Shown piece by piece: positions 8,990-16,419 of a DNA stretch of 64,000 bases. This DNA comes from Minisyncoccota bacterium (lineage in GTDB: Bacteria > Patescibacteriota > Minisyncoccia > Phycocordibacterales > DSPV01). The notes under the pieces were generated by a model, which was not told the origin of the DNA, searched no databases, and saw only the letters and a program-made list of their open reading frames with translations. Both the position numbers and the translations under genes were made by a program. Position 1 is the stretch's first letter. Each line of letters starts with the position of its first letter. The DNA lies in NCBI GenBank assembly GCA_041662545.1, contig JBAZSH010000001.1, positions 46,813-110,812 on the forward strand, written 5' to 3'.

Positions 8990-9208
8990 ATGTCAAAAGA
9001 TAAAAAACAGGCCCTGGAATTTGAGGCGAAGATAGAGTCGCTTTTTAAAGAACACAAAAGTATCATTGAGCAAAATCACCCATTGACTAAGACGGAAGTG
9101 GACCGATTGTTTGAAATAAGCGCTGAAATTGACAGAGGATTTGAATATCAATCAATGCTTTTGCCTATGATTGAAGAAGAAAAAACCCAAAGCCGTTGGG
9201 ATCATTAA
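8990..9208 (+). CDS. Hypothetical small protein
   Basis: 72-aa ORF with no recognizable motif. It is the first gene inside the island. Confidence 0.3.
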   Translation: MSKDKKQALEFEAKIESLFKEHKSIIEQNHPLTKTEVDRLFEISAEIDRGFEYQSMLLPMIEEEKTQSRWDH

Positions 9209-9359
9209 TTGGGGCGAGGCCTCGATTTCTCATCGGGACTTTCAAAATCTTGCCAAAAAGTGGTAAAATTTTAGCAAGTTGAAAATAAAAGATTTGCCAA
9301 AAGTTGATTAGCCGAGAGAAAAATTTGCTTTAATTTATGATGTCCGTTATAATGTTCGT

Positions 9360-9710
9360 ATGAATATAAAAATGAAAAATATAATATCTATTACTGAAGC
9401 CAGAAGCAACATTTTTGACATTGCCAAAAAAATCCAGAGGCAAGGCAACCATTACATTTTTACCGAGAACGGCAAGCCAAAAATCGCCGTAATGTCCGCC
9501 GATGAATACGAAAATCTTATGGAAGATTTGTTTTTAGCATCTGACCCTAAATTCGCCGCCGAAATAAAAAAGTCAGAAGAAGAATTTGCCCGAGGAGAGT
9601 ATTCTACTTGGGAGGAAGTAAAGGCAAATTTAGACCAGAGAAGAAATTTTGTTGTTGCCGATAAGTCCAAAAAAGGTTATTCCGCAAAGAAGAATAAAAA
9701 AAACAAATAA
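9360..9710 (+). CDS. Type II antitoxin, Phd/YefM family
   Basis: The N-terminus ISITEARSNIFDIAKK...IAVMSADEYENLME matches the Phd/YefM fold. A K-rich C-terminal tail is present. The stop lies 1 nt before the toxin start. Confidence 0.7.
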   Translation: MNIKMKNIISITEARSNIFDIAKKIQRQGNHYIFTENGKPKIAVMSADEYENLMEDLFLASDPKFAAEIKKSEEEFARGEYSTWEEVKANLDQRRNFVVADKSKKGYSAKKNKKNK

Positions 9711-9711
9711 T

Positions 9712-9978
9712 ATGTCCCAAAGATATTTTATTTTTTTGCGGAGAAGCGCGGAAAAAATTTTGTATAAAATGCCGAGTCAAATTAGCCAAAGAATTGAAAA
9801 AGTTATTGACGAGCTGGAGACAAATCCTTATCTTGGTTCAAAAATGCACGGGGAATTGTCGCATTTAAGAAAAATTAGAGTTTCAGATTACAGAATAATT
9901 TACCAAATTTTTGAATCAAAGATAGTTATTGAAATTCTAGAAATCCAAAGTCGTGGCAATGTGTTATATGATAGGTAG
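9712..9978 (+). CDS. Type II toxin, RelE/ParE family
   Basis: 88 aa from the ATG at 9712 (MSQRYFIF...). The C-terminal block RIIYQIF...IVIEILEIQSRGNV is typical of RelE/ParE toxins. It lies immediately downstream of the Phd/YefM gene. Confidence 0.7.
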   Translation: MSQRYFIFLRRSAEKILYKMPSQISQRIEKVIDELETNPYLGSKMHGELSHLRKIRVSDYRIIYQIFESKIVIEILEIQSRGNVLYDR

Positions 9979-10245
9979 AAAATAAAATGTCAAAAGAAAT
10001 GGAAAAATAATTTATTAAAATATGCCTATATTAAATTGGATTGCAAAAGAAAAAATTGAAAATCATGTAAGGATGTGCCTTTTCGGTTGCTTAAAAAAAA
10101 TAAAAAGTTGTCGCTTGGAGAAAAAAGCGAAAATCCCGCTTTTGGCGGGACCGCGTGATTAGTAGGATTTCTCCTACATCAAAAGTATAGCATGGCAATC
10201 AGTTATTAAGCAATATTTGTGGATAAGTGAAAAAGTGAGAAAACG

Positions 10246-10286
10246 AAGGCCTCGCCTTTGTTGCAAAGGCGAGGCCTTTATTTCTC
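10246..10286 (+). terminator. Intrinsic terminator-like hairpin (14-bp perfect stem AAGGCCTCGCCTTT/AAAGGCGAGGCCTT, 5-nt loop, followed by TATTTCTC)
   Basis: Perfect inverted repeat read directly from the sequence, with a T-rich 3' flank. It lies in a 370-nt noncoding stretch between relE and the defence operon. Confidence 0.5.
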
Positions 10287-10350
10287 TGGTTTTTTCTCAA
10301 AAAAGTGGTAATGTTTAAACATCCCCCAGTGTGTTTGGGGGAATAAAAAT

Positions 10351-11277
10351 ATGGCGATTTTTAAGATAAAAAATAATAAGTTAGAAAAGTTTAAAGAAAG
10401 AGAAGCTTTTTTGGAAAAAGATATCCAAAAGCTTACTGAATTAAACTTGAGTGAGATTTTCAAGTTGGAGTATATGTCTTCGCAATTTTCTCTAAAAAAT
10501 TTGAGAATTGATACTTTGTGTTTTGACCCTGAAAATAAAGCCTTTGTTATTATTGAATACAAAAAAGATAGAAGTTTCAGTGTCATCGATCAAGGCTTTG
10601 CGTACCTATCTTTACTGTTAAACAATAAGGCGGATTTTTTGGTTGAGTATAACGAAAAAAATAAATCAAAAACATTGTCGCGCGAAAGTGTAAATTGGTC
10701 TCAGTCCAAGGTAATTTTTATTTCTCCATTTTTTTCATCTCACCAGAAAGAGGCCATCAATTTCAAAAATCTACCAATTGAATTATGGGAGATAAAATAT
10801 TATGGTAGTGATTTAGTTGAATATAAGAATATTGAACCGCTAGAATCATCAGAAAAAATAGAAACCCTTACTGGTAGCAAGTTTATTAAAGAGGTGATAA
10901 AAGAGGTAAAAAATTATGATTTAGAACATCATCTCAAAAAAGGATCTGACAAAACAAGGAAATTATTCTTTGTGTTAAAAGAAAAAATTCTTGAGTTAGG
11001 AGAAATCAACGAAAAATATTTACAATTTTATGTGGGCTATAAAATGGGCGACAGCTACATTAGTTTTTGTCAGATACATTTTTATAAAGAAAAATTGGAG
11101 ATATCAATTCTTATACCGGATAAAAAATTATCTGATTCTAAAAAGTGGGCTCGAAAAGTACCCAAATCTTATGGCTGGGCGAAAAATAGCAAATTTTTTA
11201 ATATCAAAACTGAAAAGGATATTTCGTACACAATGAATTTGATAGAGCAGTCTTACGAGTTTAATAAAAGTAGATAA
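10351..11277 (+). CDS. PD-(D/E)xK nuclease-fold protein (NucS/DUF91-like N-terminal region), hypothetical
   Basis: 308 aa. The block CFDPENKAFVIIEYKKD fits a D...ExK restriction-endonuclease-like catalytic motif. It is the first gene of a tight co-directional operon. Confidence 0.45.
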   Translation: MAIFKIKNNKLEKFKEREAFLEKDIQKLTELNLSEIFKLEYMSSQFSLKNLRIDTLCFDPENKAFVIIEYKKDRSFSVIDQGFAYLSLLLNNKADFLVEYNEKNKSKTLSRESVNWSQSKVIFISPFFSSHQKEAINFKNLPIELWEIKYYGSDLVEYKNIEPLESSEKIETLTGSKFIKEVIKEVKNYDLEHHLKKGSDKTRKLFFVLKEKILELGEINEKYLQFYVGYKMGDSYISFCQIHFYKEKLEISILIPDKKLSDSKKWARKVPKSYGWAKNSKFFNIKTEKDISYTMNLIEQSYEFNKSR

Positions 11278-11280
11278 TTT

Positions 11281-12498
11281 ATGGTAAGAGAAGCATCAAT
11301 CAAAAATCTTACAAATGCGAAACGGGCAAAGAATGATGAGTTTTATACTCAGTACATCGATATTCAAAAAGAAATTGAAAAGTATTTAGATTACAACCCT
11401 AATACATTTCGAGCCAAAATAGTGTACTGCAACTGCGATGACCCGTTTGAGAGCAATTTCTTTCGTTATTTTGTGCTAAATTTCAACAACCTTGGATTGA
11501 AGCAGCTAATCACAACGAGCTACAAACCATCGCCTGTCGCCAACACGCAACTGGGATTATTTGGTGATGACAAAACACTTGTAAAAGCAAAAGGTCGGCC
11601 GAAGGTAACGGCGAACAAGTTCATTATCAACGAGGTGCACGACATAGATGGCGATGGCGAGTTTAACTTGAAGGATGTTGCAAAACAGTTAAAGATAAAT
11701 AAACACAACGAGTGGATGCCACTAAGTGGTGATGGTGATTTCCGTAGCGATGAGTGCGTCGAACTACTCAAGCGGTCTGACATCGTAATAACCAATCCTC
11801 CGTTTAGTTTGTTTCGCGAATATGTTAAACAACTTTTTGATTACAAAAAAAGGTTTCTGATAATCGGCAATATGAATGCGATTACCTATAAAGAAGTATT
11901 CCCTTTAATTAAGGATAATAAAATATGGCTTGGGGCTGGTAAAAATGACGGACGAAATGTATGGTTTCAAATTCCTGATCATTATGAAAAATTTCATAAG
12001 GAGGAAAATGGTAAGAAATATGCTTTTGTCGCAGGAACAATTTGGTTTACGAACCTTGACCATGGGCGCCGTCATCAACCGTTGCCGTTGATGACCACGA
12101 CAGAGGTAATTAAATTTGGTGCAAAAAAGTCATTCGAAAAGTACGATAACTACAACGCAATAGAGGTTCCACTGGTTAAATACATCCCAAATGATTACGA
12201 TGGCGTGATGGGTGTACCAATTAGTTTTCTTAGCAAATATAACCCCGATCAGTTTGAGATCTTAGGAGCTACTCAAAGAGGTTGCCATGATGAGGTTCCC
12301 GACACAAAAAAGTATGATGATTACTGGGAAGTAAGACAGAATGGTGAAAAAACAGGATCGTCTGGTGGAAAAACAAATGAAAATGCCAATTTGGTTGAGA
12401 ATGACGGGAAAAAGAATTACTTTATAAATAATGAAAGCCGAATAATTCAATCTGCTTACCAAAGAATTTTTATAAGACACAAGAAAGCTAAAAAATAA
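11281..12498 (+). CDS. DNA N6-adenine methyltransferase, EcoRI-methylase-like family (NPPF motif)
   Basis: 405 aa. N-terminal NDEFYTQY...VYCNCDDPFESNFF and catalytic IVITNPPFSLF (motif IV, (D/N)PP(F/Y)) are typical of gamma-class adenine methyltransferases of the M.EcoRI family. Confidence 0.7.
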   Translation: MVREASIKNLTNAKRAKNDEFYTQYIDIQKEIEKYLDYNPNTFRAKIVYCNCDDPFESNFFRYFVLNFNNLGLKQLITTSYKPSPVANTQLGLFGDDKTLVKAKGRPKVTANKFIINEVHDIDGDGEFNLKDVAKQLKINKHNEWMPLSGDGDFRSDECVELLKRSDIVITNPPFSLFREYVKQLFDYKKRFLIIGNMNAITYKEVFPLIKDNKIWLGAGKNDGRNVWFQIPDHYEKFHKEENGKKYAFVAGTIWFTNLDHGRRHQPLPLMTTTEVIKFGAKKSFEKYDNYNAIEVPLVKYIPNDYDGVMGVPISFLSKYNPDQFEILGATQRGCHDEVPDTKKYDDYWEVRQNGEKTGSSGGKTNENANLVENDGKKNYFINNESRIIQSAYQRIFIRHKKAKK

Positions 12499-12501
12499 AT
12501 T

Positions 12502-13242
12502 ATGGCTAAAGTTATAAAATTATTTGATCCAATTTATATGAAGGCGTTAAAACTTGCTTCAGAAATTCATTCTAAATCAAGAGAACAAATTGATGTAACA
12601 AAAAAGGATAAAAAATTAGTAATTTATTATTTGCAAGGAGGTTGTATCACGCATGCATACTTAGCAATTAATCATTGGTTGTCGGGCGATCTTGGTGCCC
12701 CTTTTATCCACAAGAGGATAATACAAGAAATGGGAAATGTGGCACTCTTTATTTCTGTATTACCGGAAGAACACAGGTATATAAAATCTTTTTTTGAAAA
12801 AAGTATAATAAGTTTTCCAAATATTTTTTCGACAAAATGGGAAAAAGAAAAAAAGGTAATTTTGAATAAAATGGAATGGGATGATCAAACTTTAAAAAAA
12901 TGGCAGGACAATGCGAAGTTATTAAATGATGGTTTTTCGAATGCAATGCATGCGCAAATTGAGACAGCCGGTTGGAACTCAGATAAATATACGGGGGAAT
13001 ATGATTATCGTCTTCAATGGAATGAATTTCAAGGAGGATTTATAAGGAATTTTGATTTTGGGCATTATATTATAATTCCTACTATTAAACCTTTACTCAT
13101 AAATAAAGAAGTGCTTTTAATAGAAAAAGAAGATTTGGATAAGATAAATCAAATTTTGGAAGTAGTTTTTAATACCGGATTAGATATATTTAATAATTTA
13201 CGAGACAGTGTTTTAAGTAAACAACAGGTAAACACTGGCTAA
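12502..13242 (+). CDS. Hypothetical protein (candidate restriction/effector partner of the MTase)
   Basis: 246-aa ORF starting 3 nt after the MTase stop. No recognizable motifs; placement is the only functional clue. Confidence 0.3.
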   Translation: MAKVIKLFDPIYMKALKLASEIHSKSREQIDVTKKDKKLVIYYLQGGCITHAYLAINHWLSGDLGAPFIHKRIIQEMGNVALFISVLPEEHRYIKSFFEKSIISFPNIFSTKWEKEKKVILNKMEWDDQTLKKWQDNAKLLNDGFSNAMHAQIETAGWNSDKYTGEYDYRLQWNEFQGGFIRNFDFGHYIIIPTIKPLLINKEVLLIEKEDLDKINQILEVVFNTGLDIFNNLRDSVLSKQQVNTG

Positions 13243-13259
13243 TATAAACAATAAATAAT

Positions 13260-14102
13260 ATGAAAAACAACACTTCGCTTGCCATTTTTGAAACTCACAA
13301 AATTCGCCGGTATTTTGACGAGAAAACAGAAACTTGGTTTTTTTCGGTTATTGATATTGTGGCGGCTTTGACGGAACAGAATGATTTTCAAGTGGCTAGA
13401 TCGTATTGGAAAAAGCTTGCACAAAGACTCAGGGATGAAGAAAGTCAAGTGGTGACAAAATGTCACCGGTTGAAAATGATGGCTCAAGACGGCAAGATGC
13501 GAGAAACCGATGCCGCCGATGTGGAAATTATTTTGCGCCTGATTCAATCAGTGCCAAGCAAAAAAGCCGAACCTATCAAATTGTGGCTGGCGAAAGTCGG
13601 TTATGAACGAATGCAGGAAATGAGCGACCCGGAAATAGCGCTGAATCGTTCTCGCGCATATTGGCAAAAACAAGGAAGAAGCGAGAAATGGATCCAGCAA
13701 CGGATGATGGGGCAAGAGACTAGAAATAAACTCACTGACTATTGGGCGGAAAGCGGTGTAAAAAAAGGCGAAGAATTTGCCATTCTTACAAATATAATTC
13801 ACCAAGAATGGAGCGACTTGTCGGTAAAGGCGCACAAAAATCTTAAGGGACTGAAAACGCAAAATCTTCGTGATCATATGAGCGAAGAAGAATTGATTTT
13901 CACCGCGCTGGCGGAGCTTTCTACCAGAAGAATTGCTGAAACTGACAAAACACAAGGTTTGGAAGATAATAAAATTCCTGCGATTAAGGGCGGTCGGATT
14001 GCCAAGGGCGCAAGAAAGGCGCTTGAAGAAAAAACAGGGAGGTCGGTTATAACTGGGAATAATTATTTGCCAAATAAACAACTGATTAAAAAATTAAAAT
14101 AA
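13260..14102 (+). CDS. Bro-N domain / DNA-damage-inducible protein D (DinD)-like protein
   Basis: N-terminal [24 protein letters not shown] matches the Bro-N pattern. The C-terminal part ([20 protein letters not shown]...[25 protein letters not shown]...[13 protein letters not shown]) resembles E. coli DinD. Confidence 0.6.
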   Translation: MKNNTSLAIFETHKIRRYFDEKTETWFFSVIDIVAALTEQNDFQVARSYWKKLAQRLRDEESQVVTKCHRLKMMAQDGKMRETDAADVEIILRLIQSVPSKKAEPIKLWLAKVGYERMQEMSDPEIALNRSRAYWQKQGRSEKWIQQRMMGQETRNKLTDYWAESGVKKGEEFAILTNIIHQEWSDLSVKAHKNLKGLKTQNLRDHMSEEELIFTALAELSTRRIAETDKTQGLEDNKIPAIKGGRIAKGARKALEEKTGRSVITGNNYLPNKQLIKKLK

Positions 14103-14103
14103 T

Positions 14104-15273
14104 ATGAAAACAATTTTAAAAACCAATATCACTGTCAAAGATATTTGCGAAGGATTCATCTATAACGAACTGGAAGGCAGGGGTTTGCTTGGCTTGTCTG
14201 GCAAACTCACCATTCAGCCGGAATATCAGCGAAATTATATTTATGCATCCGATGGCGGTAAGCGAGAAATGGCCGTCATTGAGTCAGTTCTTAAAGAATA
14301 TCCAATAGGGTTGATTTATTTCAATAAAGTTTCTAATGATAAATTTGAAGTATTGGACGGTCAACAGCGCATCACAAGTCTTGGACGATTTATCACCGAC
14401 AAATTTGCCATCAAAGATGAAAATGGGATGCCGCAGATTTTTGGTAATATGGCGAGGGATAAGCAAAAAAAGATTTTGGAAACGAAATTACTGATTTACG
14501 AATGCGAAGGTACTGAAAGTCAGATAAAAGAGTGGTTCAAGACTGTAAATATTGCCGGTGTTCCGCTCAACAATCAGGAATTACTCAACGCAGTATATTC
14601 TGGCCCATTTGTAACTAAGGCTAAAGAGGAATTCAGTAATAGTCAAAACGCTAATATTCAAAAATGGAGTGCGTATGTTTCTGGTAGTGCCAACAGGCAG
14701 GAATTTTTGGAATGTGCTTTTGATTGGGTAAGCAAGGGAAGCATTGGCGACTACATGAGCAAGCATCGCAAAGACAAAAACATTGATGAGCTAAAAAAAT
14801 ATTTCAATACTGTCATCGATTGGGTATCTAGCATATTTACTGATGTAGAAAGCGAAATGCGCGGGCTTAAATGGGGGCTACTTTACGAGGAATATCACAA
14901 AAAGGCATATAGCCCAGCGAAAGTAGCGACCGAGGTGCGCAAGCTCTACGGAGATCCATACATCAAAAACCGCAAAGGCATTTTTGAGTATATTCTCGGT
15001 GGTTCCAGTGATACAAAATTGCTTGAAGTTCGGGTTTTTGATGAAGCGACTAAAAGATCTACTTACGAATCACAGACCGCTAAAGCAAAGAAAAAAGAAG
15101 AATCAAATTGTTCTCTCTGCGCTGTCGGACATGATGCGAACAAGGGTAAAATTTGGAGTTTTGCTGAAATGGAAGCAGACCATGTATCAGCGTGGAGCAA
15201 GGGTGGCGCTACTTCGGCAAAAAATTGCCAGATGCTCTGCAAAACTCATAATCGAGCAAAAGGAAATCAGTAA
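14104..15273 (+). CDS. DUF262 (ParB-like DGQQR NTPase/nuclease domain) fused to C-terminal HNH endonuclease; type IV-restriction-like
   Basis: 389 aa with the DGQQRITSL motif of DUF262/ParB-like proteins. The C-terminal CSLC...[12 protein letters not shown]...[10 protein letters not shown] is a canonical HNH motif. The gene starts 1 nt after the dinD-like stop. Confidence 0.7.
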   Translation: MKTILKTNITVKDICEGFIYNELEGRGLLGLSGKLTIQPEYQRNYIYASDGGKREMAVIESVLKEYPIGLIYFNKVSNDKFEVLDGQQRITSLGRFITDKFAIKDENGMPQIFGNMARDKQKKILETKLLIYECEGTESQIKEWFKTVNIAGVPLNNQELLNAVYSGPFVTKAKEEFSNSQNANIQKWSAYVSGSANRQEFLECAFDWVSKGSIGDYMSKHRKDKNIDELKKYFNTVIDWVSSIFTDVESEMRGLKWGLLYEEYHKKAYSPAKVATEVRKLYGDPYIKNRKGIFEYILGGSSDTKLLEVRVFDEATKRSTYESQTAKAKKKEESNCSLCAVGHDANKGKIWSFAEMEADHVSAWSKGGATSAKNCQMLCKTHNRAKGNQ

Positions 15274-15278
15274 AGAAC

Positions 15279-15365
15279 CGCATTTATTTTCCAATCCTTC
15301 TCGGCCTCCTCGGCTGGCTTATTGGTTTCGGTATCCAAAAACTTCTCGCGCGAAAATATCAATAA
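15279..15365 (+). repeat. Orphan duplicate of the 3' end of the 8629-8976 gene (direct repeat, right island boundary)
   Basis: About 80% nt identity to 8893-8976 with the reading frame preserved (IYFPILLGLLGWLIGFGIQKLLARKYQ* versus IYFPILLGFLGWLVGFGIRKLFVGKK*). It has no upstream ORF body. Confidence 0.7.
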
Positions 15366-15499
15366 AAAGGAGCGGCGACAGATTTATTCCATTCACCAAA
15401 GATGAAAGTGGAGTTCTGTCGCCGAAGGTAACTAGTTGAGATTACCCTCGTCTCATTATATCATGATATAATTGAAATTCAGTAAACTTTAGATTTTTT

Positions 15500-15898
15500 A
15501 TGAACAACACCTATAATTGGTATCAAACTTTAATCAAGCCAGCGTGGTCGCCACCAAGTTGGTTGTTCGGACCGGTTTGGGGTGTGCTTTACGCGATCAT
15601 TGCTGTTAGCTATGGTTATGTCGGCTATCTTTTTTCCCAAGGCAGAATTTCTTTTGCCACACTTTTACCTTTCATTCTAAATCTGGTTTTTAACTTTGCC
15701 TTTACGCCATTACAATTTGGTTTGAAAAATAATTATCTAGCCGCCATTGATATTTTACTCGTTCTCGGCACGCTTGTTTGGGCGTTGATAGTTATCTGGC
15801 CGCAGGCGCGCTGGGTTGCTGTTGCCAACATTCCATATTTGCTTTGGGTTTCCTTCGCGACAGTTTTGCAATTAACTATTACTTATTTAAATAGATAA
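15500..15898 (+). CDS. TspO/MBR family protein (tryptophan-rich sensory protein), short form
   Basis: WYQTLIKPAWSPPSWLFGPVWGVLY is the TspO signature. At 132 aa it appears to lack the first TM helix. An upstream in-frame stop excludes a longer ORF. Confidence 0.65.
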   Translation: MNNTYNWYQTLIKPAWSPPSWLFGPVWGVLYAIIAVSYGYVGYLFSQGRISFATLLPFILNLVFNFAFTPLQFGLKNNYLAAIDILLVLGTLVWALIVIWPQARWVAVANIPYLLWVSFATVLQLTITYLNR

Positions 15899-16062
15899 AA
15901 ATAGATAGAGCCGCGTGTAAGCCGTTTGTGTTTATAGGCATATTTATCGTAGTAATTGTGTTCGGTAGTGTGTTGATATCTGAATGTGGCATTATGTTAT
16001 AATAATAGAATAAAGGTCGAAGGTTAGTCTAAAGTTATTAGAAGTAATTAAATAAAAAAAAT

Positions 16063-16284
16063 ATGACAACTGTCATTAACACGCCTCCATCCGGCGAAAG
16101 TTCAGATTCTGGATTAGGTTTAGTGCTCGGGGTTATTCTAGCGCTTATATTAGTGGCTCTCTTTTTTGTCTACGGTCTTCCAGCAATACGTAATAATAAT
16201 GCGGTGCCCCAAAACGGCAACATTGATGTAAATATTACCTTACCCGCAAGCGAAACTACACCCTCGCCGGCAGCAAATCTCTAA
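16063..16284 (+). CDS. Hypothetical small membrane protein
   Basis: 73 aa with a single hydrophobic helix (LGLVLGVILALILVALFFVYGL). Confidence 0.3.
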   Translation: MTTVINTPPSGESSDSGLGLVLGVILALILVALFFVYGLPAIRNNNAVPQNGNIDVNITLPASETTPSPAANL

Positions 16285-16419
16285 AAACATACTCTAGGAC
16301 AATTATTATCGTCATATTTATCCTCTAGTTTCTTGGGTTTAGTTTTTAAGTAGGAGGTGGTTTCATTTACACGCTTTATCTACATTGATTTTGTTGCTGA
16401 AAAATGATAATATTATTTT

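Noticed and set aside
9214-9225. Short palindrome CGAGGCCTCG shares the GGCGAGGCCT core with the 10246-10286 terminator; considered as a repeated element
   Set aside because: Only 10 nt are shared and both are in GC-poor context. The match is too short to distinguish from chance.
10021-10164. 45-codon ORF (MPILNWIAKEKIENHVRMCLFGCLKKIK...) in the island's noncoding gap
   Set aside because: No ribosome-binding site, an atypical composition, and it overlaps the predicted hairpins. This is more likely part of a noncoding or regulatory region.
14104-15273. Calling the DUF262-HNH protein a GmrSD enzyme outright
   Set aside because: The C-terminal nuclease is a canonical HNH, not the DUF1524 module of GmrSD. 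Only the broader type IV-restriction-like label can be defended from sequence alone.
8977-15278. Calling the island a prophage or ICE
   Set aside because: No integrase, recombinase, capsid, terminase, relaxase or conjugation genes lie between the repeats. Only the repeat boundary, the TA pair and defence cargo support mobility. It is therefore reported as a genomic island or remnant.
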